A stretch of DNA of 38,817 nucleotides from Spirochaetales bacterium (lineage in GTDB: Bacteria; Spirochaetota; Spirochaetia; JABEVK01): NCBI GenBank assembly GCA_037142615.1, contig JBAXAI010000035.1, positions 1 through 38,817 on the forward strand, given 5' to 3'. The stretch's first letter is position 1. Every line of letters starts with the position of its first letter. The notes beneath the pieces are model-generated. The model saw only the letters and a list, made by a program, of their open reading frames with translations, did not search any database and was not told the DNA's origin. This document shows positions 1 through 9,744 of this stretch, piece by piece. The translations under genes and the position numbers were made by a program.

Positions 1-502
1 ACTGGCCGCCCGACTGCTGTTTGTTCCGCCACCAGGTAGGACCAGGGGTATCGCCGACCCACCACCCGTTCACCAGCACGGGCTTGTCGGCCGACGCCGC
101 GAACAGGGCCCTCGCGCGGCGAACGCCCTCGCGGTAGCGGTTTTGGTAGGCGACAGCAACCAACGTGCCGGCGCGCTGGAAGGCAGCCAGCGCCGCTTCG
201 GCAGGCTCGGCGCTGTTGGCCAAGGGTTTTTCGACAAGAACGGCCCCGACGTGGTCGGCCAAAAAGAGTTCTACGTCGCCGTGCAGGTGTGGGGGCCACA
301 GAAGCAGCACGGCGTCGGGCTTCTCGGCGTTCACCAGGGCACGGTAGTCCGAGTAGGGCCGGGCGCCGCTTTGTGCCGTGAGTTCTCGCAAACGGGCTTC
401 ATTGCGACCGGCAACACCGACCACCTCGGCTTCGGGGATCTTCGAGAGAGCTTCGAGGTGGGCGGTGGTGACCCAGCCAGTACCGATAAGGGCGATTCGC
501 AT
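1..502 (-). CDS. Gfo/Idh/MocA family oxidoreductase, 3' end runs off the window
   Basis: Manual translation from ATG at 502: MRIALIGTGWVTTAHLEAL...VLVEKPLA...VAYQNRY. Rossmann GxGxx start and EKP motif. Not in the ORF track because it has no stop in the window. Confidence 0.85.
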   Translation of the reverse strand, partial: MRIALIGTGWVTTAHLEALSKIPEAEVVGVAGRNEARLRELTAQSGARPYSDYRALVNAEKPDAVLLLWPPHLHGDVELFLADHVGAVLVEKPLANSAEPAEAALAAFQRAGTLVAVAYQNRYREGVRRARALFAASADKPVLVNGWWVGDTPGPTWWRNKQQSGGQ

Positions 503-548
503 GGGCCCAGCATACACCAGAAGGCCCCTCCGGTCGAAGGCGCGGCCC

Positions 549-577
549 TTGCCTCCTGGGCCGGTGTGCATTACTAT
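549..577 (+). promoter_or_regulatory. sigma70-type promoter of arsR, probably leaderless
   Basis: TTGCCT-17 nt-TACTAT, 6 nt before ATG 584, no Shine-Dalgarno. Confidence 0.55.
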
Positions 578-583
578 CCGCTC

Positions 584-916
584 ATGGACTTGGACGAAAC
601 CCTGAAAGCCTTGGCCGACCCCAACCGCCTTCGCATCCTCAACCTGCTCGCCGATCACGCGTTGTGCGTGTGCGACCTGGAAGAGGTTCTGGGCCTCAAT
701 CAGTCCAACCTGAGCCGCCACTTGGCCAAGCTCAAGCAGACGGGACTGGTTACCGCCACCAAGAAGGGCCTGTTCATTTACTACGCCCGGCGACCGGTCG
801 CGAGCCCCTATGGTGAGGTCGTCGAGTCGCTGTACAAGGCCATGGCCAGCGATGCGCAGTGGGCGCTGGACCGGCAAGCTCTGGCAGCAAAGAAGGGCTC
901 ACCCAGCCCCTGCTGA
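584..916 (+). CDS. arsR: ArsR/SmtB family repressor
   Basis: LKALADPNRLRIL, LCVCDL metal-binding box, QSNLSRHL helix-turn-helix; upstream of acr3/arsC. Confidence 0.92.
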   Translation: MDLDETLKALADPNRLRILNLLADHALCVCDLEEVLGLNQSNLSRHLAKLKQTGLVTATKKGLFIYYARRPVASPYGEVVESLYKAMASDAQWALDRQALAAKKGSPSPC

Positions 917-942
917 GATCTCCGCACCCCGAACCCAGCCTC

Positions 943-971
943 TTGCTCACATGACTGCATGAGTATATAGT
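943..971 (+). promoter_or_regulatory. sigma70-type promoter of acr3 with possible ArsR operator in the spacer
   Basis: TTGCTC-17 nt-TATAGT, 7 nt before ATG 979; imperfect inverted repeat CACATG-ACTG-CATGAG in the spacer. Confidence 0.5.
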
Positions 972-978
972 CATGGAT

Positions 979-2022
979 ATGAAATCCCTTTCGTTTTTGG
1001 ACCGCTGGCTAACTTTGTGGATCGTCGCGGCAATGGCCGTGGGTCTCGCCCTGGGTGCCTGGGCTCCCGGCTGGACCGGCTGGATCTCGTCGCTGAGCGT
1101 CGGGACCACGTCGATCCCGTTGGCGGTCGGGCTGATCCTGATGATGTACCCGCCGCTGGCCAAGGTCCGCTACGAGGCGCTGGGCCGCTCGTTGGGGGGC
1201 AACCGGCGCCTGCTCATCCTGTCGCTGGTGCAGAACTGGCTCGTCGGGCCGTTGCTGATGACGGGTCTGGCCGTGTTGTTCTTGGGGGCGCACCCCGGGT
1301 ACCTGGTCGGCGTCGTGCTCGTGGGCCTGGCGCGTTGCATCGCCATGGTGGTGGTCTGGAACGACCTGGCCGGTGGTCACCGGGAGTTCGGCGTCGGGCT
1401 CGTGGCCCTCAACGCGCTGTTTCAGGTCTTGTTCTACGCCTTCTACATTTGGCTGTTCATCACGGTGTTCCTCGGTTCGACGGGGCTGGTGCCGGGCGTG
1501 CAGGCGGCGGTTTCGTTTTGGGATTCAGCCGCCACGGTGCTCATCTACCTGGGCATTCCATTTGCCGCCGGGGTACTCAGCCGGCTGGTGCTGGTCAAAC
1601 TCAAGGGGCAAGACTGGTACGAGACCAAGTTCACGCCGCGTATCAGCCCGCTGACGCTGATCTTTCTGCTGTTTACCATTGTCGTGATGTTTTCGCTGCA
1701 GGGGAGCTCGTTCCTTCAGCGCCCCGCCGACGTTTTGCTGGTGGCCCTACCCCTGCTGATCTACTTTGTGGTGCTGTGGTTCAGCACGCTTTTCATCGCG
1801 CGCGCCCTGGGCGGCACCTACGCCGAGAGCGCGGCGGCGGCGTTTTCGGCAGCCAGCAACGACTTTGAGCTGGCCATTGCCGTGGCCATCGCACTGTGGG
1901 GAGCCGCCTCGCCCCAGGCCTTTGCCGCCGTGATCGGCCCCCTGATCGAAGTTCCTGTGATGGTCGTCCTCGTCAGGGTCGCCCTCACCCTCAAAACCCG
2001 CCTCTGGAAGGAGAACCTATGA
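979..2022 (+). CDS. acr3: Acr3 family arsenite efflux transporter (alternative start 973)
   Basis: LSFLDRWLTLW, LILMMYPPLAKV, LARCIAMV, ASNDFELAIAVA, GPLIEVPV motifs; many TM segments. Confidence 0.95.
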   Translation: MKSLSFLDRWLTLWIVAAMAVGLALGAWAPGWTGWISSLSVGTTSIPLAVGLILMMYPPLAKVRYEALGRSLGGNRRLLILSLVQNWLVGPLLMTGLAVLFLGAHPGYLVGVVLVGLARCIAMVVVWNDLAGGHREFGVGLVALNALFQVLFYAFYIWLFITVFLGSTGLVPGVQAAVSFWDSAATVLIYLGIPFAAGVLSRLVLVKLKGQDWYETKFTPRISPLTLIFLLFTIVVMFSLQGSSFLQRPADVLLVALPLLIYFVVLWFSTLFIARALGGTYAESAAAAFSAASNDFELAIAVAIALWGAASPQAFAAVIGPLIEVPVMVVLVRVALTLKTRLWKENL

Positions 2023-2453
2023 AACAACGCGTGATTTTTGTCTGCATTCACAACTCGGGCCGCAGCCAGATGGGCGAAGGCTTTTTGCGCCACCTGGCCG
2101 GCGACCGCTTCGAGGTGGCCAGCGCGGGCCTGGAGAGCGGCAAGCTCAACCCGCTGGTGGTGAAGTCGATGGCCGAAGTGGGCATCGACCTCTCGGCCCA
2201 CTACGCCAAAAAAGCGCAGGACCTCATCGACGCCGGTGAAACCTTCGACACCGTGATCACCGTGTGCGACGAGACCAACGCCGAGCGCTGCCCCCTGTTC
2301 CCAGGGCGCGGAACCAAGGCCAACGCCACCCGCCTGCACTGGGGCTTTCCCGATCCGAGTGCGCTGCAAGGCACCGAAGAAGAAAAACTGGCGGGCATCC
2401 GGCCCATCCGCGACGCGATCCGGGCTCGGATCGAGGAGTTCCTCCGTGTTTGA
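2019..2453 (+). CDS. arsC: Arsenate reductase, LMW-PTP type
   Basis: FVCIHNSGRSQM P-loop, ITVCD..CP, HWGFPDP; ATGA overlap with acr3. Confidence 0.92.
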   Translation: MKQRVIFVCIHNSGRSQMGEGFLRHLAGDRFEVASAGLESGKLNPLVVKSMAEVGIDLSAHYAKKAQDLIDAGETFDTVITVCDETNAERCPLFPGRGTKANATRLHWGFPDPSALQGTEEEKLAGIRPIRDAIRARIEEFLRV

Positions 2454-2932
2454 CCTGAAGAACGAAGAGATCCGCAACGCGGTGCGTGACCACTACGGCC
2501 TTATCGCGCGCAGCCAAGGCGAAGTCCACCAACGTGGAGTTCCGGCTCGGCGAGATTGAGCACCTGCCGGTGGCTGATGGCGCTGTGGATGTCATTCTGT
2601 CGAACTGTGTCGTCAACCTCAGCCCCGACAAGGCCCAGGTGTTCCGCGAAGCCTTCCGCGTCCTCCGGCAGGGCGGGCGACTGGCCATCAGCGACATGGT
2701 GGCCTCGGGCGAGCTTCCGGAAGAACTGCTCGGTGATCTTCTGCGGCATTCCCAGTGCATTTCGGGCGCTACGCCTCTGCCTCGGTTGCGCTCGATGCTT
2801 GAGCAGGCAGGGTTCATCGAAGTTCGCATCCAGCCCAAGGCCGAAAGCCGCAGTTTTATCAAGGACTGGGCCCCCGGAACCGGGATCGAGGAGTTCATCT
2901 TGTCGGCCACCATCGAGGGTCGAAAACCCTAA
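2446..2932 (+). pseudogene. arsM: Arsenite methyltransferase remnant with internal deletion and frameshift
   Basis: N-terminus (M)FDLKNEEIRNAVRDHYGLIAR joins out of frame to NVEFRLGEIEHLPVADGAVDVILSNCVVNLSPDK; the SAM-binding LDLGSG region is absent. Confidence 0.8.
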
Positions 2933-2956
2933 GAGCAAGTCGGACTTGGGAGTGGG

Positions 2957-3667
2957 TTACCGGCTGGCCTTGGTTTCGAGGCGTTCAAAGGCGATGTCGG
3001 CCACCAGGGCCATCAGCACCGGGAGCGTGGCTCCCAACACAAGCACCTGCCAGCGGCTGATGTTGTTGCCGGCAATGATGAGGTTGCCCATCCCCCCCCC
3101 ACCCACGAAGGCCGCGAGGATGGCGGAGCCAATGGTGATGGTCACCGCCGTGCGGATGCCGGCGAGGATCAGCGGCGCCGCCAAGGGCAACTCCACCCGG
3201 AACAGAACACGCCGGGGTTTCATTCCCATGCCCCGGGCCGCCTCGGTGATCGCGGGGTCCAGTTCCTGAAAGCCCACCAGCGTGTTGCTCAGAATCGGCA
3301 AGAGCGAGTAGATCCACAGGGCCACGATCGCGGTTTTGGACCCAACTCCCAGCACCCCTACCGTCAGCGCCACCACGGCCAAGCTGGGAACCGTCTGCCC
3401 CACGTTCACTACCGCCAGCACCCGGGGTGCCCAAGCCTTCCAGGCCGGCCTTGTCAGGGCGACCCCCAGGGGCACGGCGGTGACGACGGCCAAGAGCGCC
3501 GACGCCGCCACCAGGTACAGGTGCTGCAACAGGAGCACCCACACCTTGTCGTAGGTCACCAGTCGCGAGACCAGACTGTCCTGGGGGTTTTCGACCACCC
3601 AGACGCACAGGAGTACGCCGACAGCTCCGAGCAGGAGAACTTTGACAAGCGCGCTAAACGACGCCAT
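2957..3667 (-). CDS. Osmoprotectant (OpuBB/OsmW-type) ABC permease
   Basis: QTVPSLA, EAARGMGM EAA loop, VELPLAAPLILAGIR, GGGGMG. Confidence 0.9.
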   Translation of the reverse strand: MASFSALVKVLLLGAVGVLLCVWVVENPQDSLVSRLVTYDKVWVLLLQHLYLVAASALLAVVTAVPLGVALTRPAWKAWAPRVLAVVNVGQTVPSLAVVALTVGVLGVGSKTAIVALWIYSLLPILSNTLVGFQELDPAITEAARGMGMKPRRVLFRVELPLAAPLILAGIRTAVTITIGSAILAAFVGGGGMGNLIIAGNNISRWQVLVLGATLPVLMALVADIAFERLETKASR

Positions 3668-4640
3668 GGCGGCTGGCCCTCTGGAGCAGGTCTTCAAAGT
3701 CGACAAGGCCGACGACCTCGCCCCCTGCGTCTTGAACGTAGGTGAACCGTTCGCCTGTGCGAAGCATCTCGGCCAGCGCATCCTGAGCCGTAGCCCTGAG
3801 ACCCAGGACTCCCTGCTTGGCACCGGCAAGGCCCTTGGGCTCGGCTTCGGTCTTGCCGGCGGGCAGCGGCTTCATGATCTGCCCGCAGCGCATCAGATTC
3901 AGCATTTTGAGGGAGTTTCGGCCCCCGATGAGCTCGGAAACAAACGGATCGTTCGGGTTGGCGAGGATTTCCATCGGCGAGGCGAGCTGAACGATCTGCC
4001 CCCCTTTCAACACTGCGATGGAGTCACCCATCTTGATCGCTTCTTCGATGTCGTGGGTGACGAACACGATGGTCTTGCGGATCTTGTCTTGAATGCTCAA
4101 AAACTCGTCTTGCATCTTGGCGCGGGTGATCGGGTCCAGGGCCCCAAAGGGCTCGTCCATCAGCATGATGGGGGGGTCGGCGGCCAGGGCGCGGGCTACA
4201 CCGACCCGCTGCTTCTGGCCACCGCTGAGCTCGTGGGGGCGTTTGTTGCGGAAGGTCTTGGGGTTGAGGTCGACGAGTTCGAGCAGTTCTTCGATGCGGG
4301 CGTTGACGCGATCCTTCTTCCAGCCGAGTTCGCCGGGAACCACGGCGATGTTTTCGCCCACGGTCATGTGAGGAAACAGCCCCGTGTCCTGAATGATGTA
4401 GCCAATGCTCAAGCGAAGCTCGATCGTATCGACCGTGTCGATGTTGCGCCCGCCAATCCAGATGGCACCGGAAGTCGGCTCGATGAGCTTGTTGATCATC
4501 TTCATCGTCGTCGTCTTGCCGCAACCGGAAGGCCCCACCAGCATGCAGATCGTACCCGCCTGAATCTCAAAGTTGAGGTCGCGGACAGCATCGGAACCTT
4601 CGCCGGGGTAGCGCTTGAACACTTTTTCGAATCGGATCAT
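3654..4640 (-). CDS. Osmoprotectant ABC ATP-binding protein
   Basis: GPSGCGKT, LSGGQKQR, LMDEPFGALDP, FVTHD; CBS-like C-terminus. Confidence 0.93.
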   Translation of the reverse strand: MIRFEKVFKRYPGEGSDAVRDLNFEIQAGTICMLVGPSGCGKTTTMKMINKLIEPTSGAIWIGGRNIDTVDTIELRLSIGYIIQDTGLFPHMTVGENIAVVPGELGWKKDRVNARIEELLELVDLNPKTFRNKRPHELSGGQKQRVGVARALAADPPIMLMDEPFGALDPITRAKMQDEFLSIQDKIRKTIVFVTHDIEEAIKMGDSIAVLKGGQIVQLASPMEILANPNDPFVSELIGGRNSLKMLNLMRCGQIMKPLPAGKTEAEPKGLAGAKQGVLGLRATAQDALAEMLRTGERFTYVQDAGGEVVGLVDFEDLLQRASRHGVV

Positions 4641-5257
4641 CGGTTCAGTTTCCTTTGGACTCGGCCCAGAACCTGGTCCGTGAGAATGGAGATCAGCGAG
4701 ATGATCGCCGCGCCGACGATGATCATTTGGTCGCTGCTGCGGCTGATCCCTTGAAAAATGTACACGCCCAAACCCCCGGCGCCGATGTACCCGGCGATGG
4801 CGCCAATGCCGATGCCCATCACGGTGGCGGTGCGGATGCCCGACATCATGGCCGGCAAAGCGAGCGGGATCTTGATGGACCGCAGGATTTTCTTTTCGGT
4901 GAGACCCATGCCCCGGGCCGCTTCGAGGATGGCGGGGTTGATGGTCATGATACCCGTGTAGACGTTGCGCACGATGGGCAGCTGGGTGTAGGCGACCAGG
5001 CCCACGATAGCAGGAACCTTACCGATCCCGAGGATGGGGATGAGCAGCGAGAACAGCGCCAAGCTCGGAATCGTCATCAGGATGTTCGTCAAGTTGAGGA
5101 CAACCCGGGCGGCGAACCTGTTTCGGGTGATCAAAATGCCGACCACCACGCCGAGCGCGATCGAGACGACCATGGCGACGAACACGATGTAGAGGTGTTC
5201 CAGCGTCAGCGAAAGAATGGTCGACCAGCGGGAAAGCAGAAACTCAAAGAAGTTCAC
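4637..5257 (-). CDS. Osmoprotectant ABC permease
   Basis: TIPSLAL, EAARGMG, IGAGGLG. Confidence 0.9.
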   Translation of the reverse strand: MNFFEFLLSRWSTILSLTLEHLYIVFVAMVVSIALGVVVGILITRNRFAARVVLNLTNILMTIPSLALFSLLIPILGIGKVPAIVGLVAYTQLPIVRNVYTGIMTINPAILEAARGMGLTEKKILRSIKIPLALPAMMSGIRTATVMGIGIGAIAGYIGAGGLGVYIFQGISRSSDQMIIVGAAIISLISILTDQVLGRVQRKLNR

Positions 5258-5284
5258 GGCTGGCCCCCCTAACCCGGAGGCTCA

Positions 5285-6598
5285 TTATACACGAGTTTCC
5301 TGCGCGGCGGCGGTTCTTCCGGCTATTCGCCCAAAAACAAAGCACTCGGTGATCGAGCAGCTGCCCAGGCGGCAGGCCCCGTGAAGCCCACCCGTCACCT
5401 CGCCGGCGGCAAAGAGGCCCGCAAGAGGGCCCCCGGCGGCATCCAGAACCGCGCCATCGGGCCCCACGGCCAGCCCTCCCATGGTGTAGTGCACCTTGGG
5501 CCACAACCTCACGCCGTAGTAAGGCCCAACGCCGAACTTGCCCGAGTGCGCAGCGGTTTGGGCCAGTGCTTCGCGGGGGGCTCCATGGGCGTCGGCCAGC
5601 GCCTCGAGGGTGGCGAACCGGCCAATCACGCCCTTTTTCAGGCCCCGATCCAAACTCCAGCCCGACTTGGCGACGGCGGCGGCGTCGGCGAGGCCGAGGC
5701 AGGGGTGCCCAACGGCCAACAGGGCGTCGGCCAGGGTTTTTCGGTCGGCCATTTCGTTGCAGAACCGCCGTCCGGTGGCCGGATCGACGACGATCCCGAG
5801 GGGAAACACCGTGTAGTCGGCAAACCCGGGAGCCTCGCCGTAGCCCCTTTCGTCGGGAGAGGCCCAAGGGCCAAGCTGAATGTGCTCCAAGTCGACGGCT
5901 GCGGCACCGAGTCGCATCGCCTCGACGAGGGCTTCGGCGGTGGCGAAGGGTTTGTTCGTGGTGGCCACATCGGCCGTCAACCGGGGATCGTGGCGCAGGC
6001 GGAACGCCACGTCGGCGCCAAAGCCTCCGGTGGCCAGCACCACCGCCTTGCGGGCGAGTAGGGTCTGCAGGGTCCCGGCGGTCGGGTCGCGGTGATCGTA
6101 GCCGTCGAGAACGCTTACGCCGACCACCCGGCCCGAGGCGTCAGTTTCGAGCCGTTCCAGCTTGGCACCAAAACGGATCGGCACCCCCAGCTCGTCGAGT
6201 TTGCTCAAAAGAGGGCGCAAAAGCGACGACCCGCTGCGACCCTTGGCCGTGAAGCCGCGAGCCACCGAATGGCCTCCGAACACCTCGAGCCGGTCCAGGT
6301 ACTGCACCCCAAGGAATTCCTTGGACCACTGGAGTGCCTCCTCGGCCGATTCCACCAGAGTTCGGGCGAGCAGGGGCCGGTTGAGGCCCTGCCCCGCGCG
6401 CAACAGGTCCTGGTAAAACAACTCGGTCGAGTCGCCCTGGCCCAAGGCGGCAAAGCCTCCATCGCTGAGGATGGAGTTGCCCCCGGCGGCCCGCATTTTT
6501 TCGACCACCAGCACCGAGGCGCCCGCGGTGGCCGCCTCGAGGGCAGCCACCAGCCCGGCAAACCCGCTGCCGACGACGACAACGTCAGCACTCAGCAT
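5285..6598 (-). CDS. Flavocytochrome c flavin subunit (fumarate/urocanate reductase family)
   Basis: DVVVVGSGFAG, GGNS, GGHS, LATGGF, HYTMGG, AAGEVTGGLHGACRLG. Confidence 0.85.
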   Translation of the reverse strand: MLSADVVVVGSGFAGLVAALEAATAGASVLVVEKMRAAGGNSILSDGGFAALGQGDSTELFYQDLLRAGQGLNRPLLARTLVESAEEALQWSKEFLGVQYLDRLEVFGGHSVARGFTAKGRSGSSLLRPLLSKLDELGVPIRFGAKLERLETDASGRVVGVSVLDGYDHRDPTAGTLQTLLARKAVVLATGGFGADVAFRLRHDPRLTADVATTNKPFATAEALVEAMRLGAAAVDLEHIQLGPWASPDERGYGEAPGFADYTVFPLGIVVDPATGRRFCNEMADRKTLADALLAVGHPCLGLADAAAVAKSGWSLDRGLKKGVIGRFATLEALADAHGAPREALAQTAAHSGKFGVGPYYGVRLWPKVHYTMGGLAVGPDGAVLDAAGGPLAGLFAAGEVTGGLHGACRLGSCSITECFVFGRIAGRTAAAQETRV

Positions 6599-7512
6599 TA
6601 CGGCAGCAGGCCCACTTCCTTCATCCAGGCCTGGGCGACGTCGCGGGGAACCTTCTGCTCGATGTCGACCAGGTAGTTCATTTTCATGATCGCGGCGTTG
6701 TCGAGCTTGGCGGCAATGACACCCAGGAGCTCCACGATCTTCGGGTTCTTGTCGGCAAAATCGGTCCGAACGTTGGGTGAAGGGTTGTAGGCCGGGAAGA
6801 AGGCCTTGTCGTCCTCGATGTTCACCAGACCAAACGCCTGGATGCGGCCGTCGGTCGAGAACCCCATGCCGATGTCGGCCTGGCTTTCCTTGAGCGCTTT
6901 GTAGACGATGGCGTTGTCCATGACGATGGTTTTGTCTTCGGCCATCTTGAACCCGTAGGTGGTCTCAAGGCCCGGCAAACCGTCGGAGCGGGCGGTGAAC
7001 TCGTGATCGACCGCAAACGACAACTTGCCGGGATTCGCGGTCAGGTAGGCCCCCAACTGGCTCAAGGTCTGTATTCCCAAGGCCGCCGCGTGGTCCTTGC
7101 GCATCATCACCGTGTAGGTGTTGTTGAACGGGGCGTACGGCAGCCACTCGATGCCGTTCTTCCGGTCTTCGTCGCGCACGCTCTCGTAACAAACCTGCGA
7201 CTGGGTCAGCGGGTTCGCGTGCTGCAAATGCGACAGCCAGCCCGTGCCGGTGTATTCCCAGTACACGTCGATCTCTTTGGCGATCAGCGCGCTGCGAACC
7301 TTGTTGGAGCCTGCCACGCCAGTCTTGTCCTCGACGGCGTAGCCCGCGTTTTCGAGAGCGAGCAGCGTGATTTGCCCCAGCACCAGCTGTTCGGTGTACT
7401 CCTTGGAGCCAACCCGGATCGTCTCTTTCGTTGGTGCACAGCCGGCCAGCAAAGCTGACCCAGCCAGAACTGCACCCAGCAACAGGACCATGGAACTTCT
7501 GCTCTTTGTCAT
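6598..7512 (-). CDS. Glycine betaine/choline-type ABC substrate-binding lipoprotein
   Basis: Lipobox LAGC, VGSKEYTEQ, YWEYTGT, FNNTY, EFTARSDG, STDGRI. Confidence 0.9.
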   Translation of the reverse strand: MTKSRSSMVLLLGAVLAGSALLAGCAPTKETIRVGSKEYTEQLVLGQITLLALENAGYAVEDKTGVAGSNKVRSALIAKEIDVYWEYTGTGWLSHLQHANPLTQSQVCYESVRDEDRKNGIEWLPYAPFNNTYTVMMRKDHAAALGIQTLSQLGAYLTANPGKLSFAVDHEFTARSDGLPGLETTYGFKMAEDKTIVMDNAIVYKALKESQADIGMGFSTDGRIQAFGLVNIEDDKAFFPAYNPSPNVRTDFADKNPKIVELLGVIAAKLDNAAIMKMNYLVDIEQKVPRDVAQAWMKEVGLLP

Positions 7513-8291
7513 GGTGTACCTTCCTTTCGCGACAGATCCCACCCCAACGGGGTGAGTGAAATGACTTTGTCCACATGGAGTGCGCGGATGTCCGAGCCGG
7601 GCTCCGCCTGGGCCAGGTCAGGATCCGGTTCCGAGTCCAGCTGAAAGCCCGAGTGCCAGGGCCTTGCCCCCGGCCGACGGAACCGCGAACTACTTCGCCC
7701 GCTTTGCCGTGTGAACCAAACCGGTGTGGTTTCGGTGGCCTCGGCGGGAATGTTCAGATTCAGCACCGAGGTTCCGGGGGCCAGCCCTTCGGCCAGCACC
7801 CTGGCCGTCCATTGGGCCGCCACACGCTGGCAGGCCTTCCAGTCCCGAGCAGGGTAGACGGCCGTGTGCTGCTCATCGACCGGCACCTGCAGCGACAGGG
7901 CAATCGCCGGGATTCCATGGCTAAACGCCTCGAAGGCCGCCCCCAGCGTTCCGCTGCAAGTGAGCGACAGCCCGACGTTTTCGCCGTAATTGATGCCGCT
8001 CAGGCAAAGGTCGGGCTTCCGGTGGCAGATTTCGAGGACGGCATGGGCCACCGCCTGCGCCGGTGACCCGGTGACCCCAAAAGCCACCATCGCTTGGCCA
8101 CCGACCAGAACCTCAAAACTTTCGATCGTTCCCGCCGTTTCGTTGCGCGGGAACGATCGTCCCATCGTGGTCTGCTGCCAGCGCGGGGCCACGATCAACA
8201 GCTCACCCTGATCCTGCACCGCCTCGGCGAGCGCGGCCAAACCCGGAGAAGAAACCCCATCGTCGTTGGTCAGCAGGATCAGGGGTCGCAT
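7509..8291 (-). CDS. surE: SurE family 5'/3'-nucleotidase
   Basis: LILLTNDDG, SGINYGEN, SGTLGAA, NLNIP. Confidence 0.88.
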   Translation of the reverse strand: MRPLILLTNDDGVSSPGLAALAEAVQDQGELLIVAPRWQQTTMGRSFPRNETAGTIESFEVLVGGQAMVAFGVTGSPAQAVAHAVLEICHRKPDLCLSGINYGENVGLSLTCSGTLGAAFEAFSHGIPAIALSLQVPVDEQHTAVYPARDWKACQRVAAQWTARVLAEGLAPGTSVLNLNIPAEATETTPVWFTRQSGRSSSRFRRPGARPWHSGFQLDSEPDPDLAQAEPGSDIRALHVDKVISLTPLGWDLSRKEGTP

Positions 8292-8298
8292 AGATTTC

Positions 8299-9735
8299 CT
8301 AACTGCCCAGCCCTTGATGCACGGCCTTGAGAGCCGGTTCGAGCAACCCCGGCAGGTCACGGTAGGCCTTGGTGTTGATCTTTTCGTAGAGTGCGTGCTT
8401 TTTCGGGTCAGGGCTGAACGAGTCCCGTTCTTCCACCATGACCTTCACGGCCTCACCGAAGCTCGGGTACAGGCCCGTGGCCACAGCCACGCAAATCGCG
8501 GACCCCAGCGCCGCTGCACCGTTGACCTTGTTTCGGACGGTTTTGACCCCGTACAGGTCGGCAATCAACTGCATGTACAAATCGCTGTTGGAACCGCCAC
8601 CCGAAACAATGATCTTTCCTGGCGCACTCCCCAGTTCTTCGTTCATCGCGTTGTAGCTGTTGAGCAGCGTCATCGCGATGCCCTCCAGCAACGACCGATA
8701 GATGTGGCCGCGGGTGTGGCGCTCGTCGAAGCCCACCATCACGCCTTTTCGGTACAGTTGCGTGGCGGGCGCCAGCCAATCCGGAATCGTGAGCAGACCC
8801 TCCGACCCCGGCGGCACGTTCTCGGCCTCGCGGGCCAAGTAATCCTCAACCGAGAACCCCTCGCTCTGCGCCTTGGCGGCAAACTCTTCGCCCAGGATGC
8901 TCTTGTACCACGAGATCAGCCACATTCCGCGTCGGATCCCGCCGCTCTCGTACAAGTATTGCTGGGGAACGCACGAAAGGTTGGTGAAGAAACTCTTCGC
9001 CTCGGGAAGATTCTTGGAGCCATACACCATCGAAGTGATGTAGGTTCCCAGCGAAACCAGCCCCGTGTTCGCACTGATCAAGCCAGAACCCAAGGCTTCG
9101 ACAGCCTTGTCGTTCGCGGTCGAAACAACCGGCAGACCCAGCGGCAACCCCGTCTCTTGCGAGGCCTTTTCGTTGACATAGCCGAGGATGGTTCCAGGAA
9201 CTTGAATGTCCATCAGCTTTTCGCGGGGGATGCCAAAGCCCTGGAAATACGCCTGCTCATTCGACCAGTTCCACGTTTCCATATCGACAGGAAACTGCCA
9301 CTGATACGCGTTGGCCGACATCTCTTTAAAGGTCCCCGTCAAGCGAAACGTCAGGTAGCCGGAAGTGGAACAAGTGTAGGCGATTTCGGGGCTATCCTCG
9401 AACTTTTCATAAGCCCGGATATCCATCCAACTCATCACAGGAGCAGCCAACGTGCCATCTGCTTTCATGAACACGCGGCAACAGCGAATCGAGCACAGCC
9501 CGACACCGAGAATCGCGGCGGGGTCACCTTTGAACTCTTTCATCACCTTGCCCAGAACCACGCGTAGACTGTCCCACAAGTCGTCGTCAGGATGTTCTAC
9601 AAACCCCGGCTTGCGACTGATCATGGGCCTCAGGCCTTCACTCGCCATGCAGACCACTTCACCCCGTGCGTTAAAAATGTAGACCTTCGTGCTCTGAGAT
9701 CCGCTGTCTACCCCGATCAGGTATTTTTCGCTCAT
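8299..9735 (-). CDS. FGGY family carbohydrate kinase (YgcE-like)
   Basis: IGVDSGSQSTK, SWMD.R, SLGT, SGGGSNS, ALGSA. Confidence 0.88.
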   Translation of the reverse strand: MSEKYLIGVDSGSQSTKVYIFNARGEVVCMASEGLRPMISRKPGFVEHPDDDLWDSLRVVLGKVMKEFKGDPAAILGVGLCSIRCCRVFMKADGTLAAPVMSWMDIRAYEKFEDSPEIAYTCSTSGYLTFRLTGTFKEMSANAYQWQFPVDMETWNWSNEQAYFQGFGIPREKLMDIQVPGTILGYVNEKASQETGLPLGLPVVSTANDKAVEALGSGLISANTGLVSLGTYITSMVYGSKNLPEAKSFFTNLSCVPQQYLYESGGIRRGMWLISWYKSILGEEFAAKAQSEGFSVEDYLAREAENVPPGSEGLLTIPDWLAPATQLYRKGVMVGFDERHTRGHIYRSLLEGIAMTLLNSYNAMNEELGSAPGKIIVSGGGSNSDLYMQLIADLYGVKTVRNKVNGAAALGSAICVAVATGLYPSFGEAVKVMVEERDSFSPDPKKHALYEKINTKAYRDLPGLLEPALKAVHQGLGS

Positions 9736-9744
9736 AGCTTCTCC

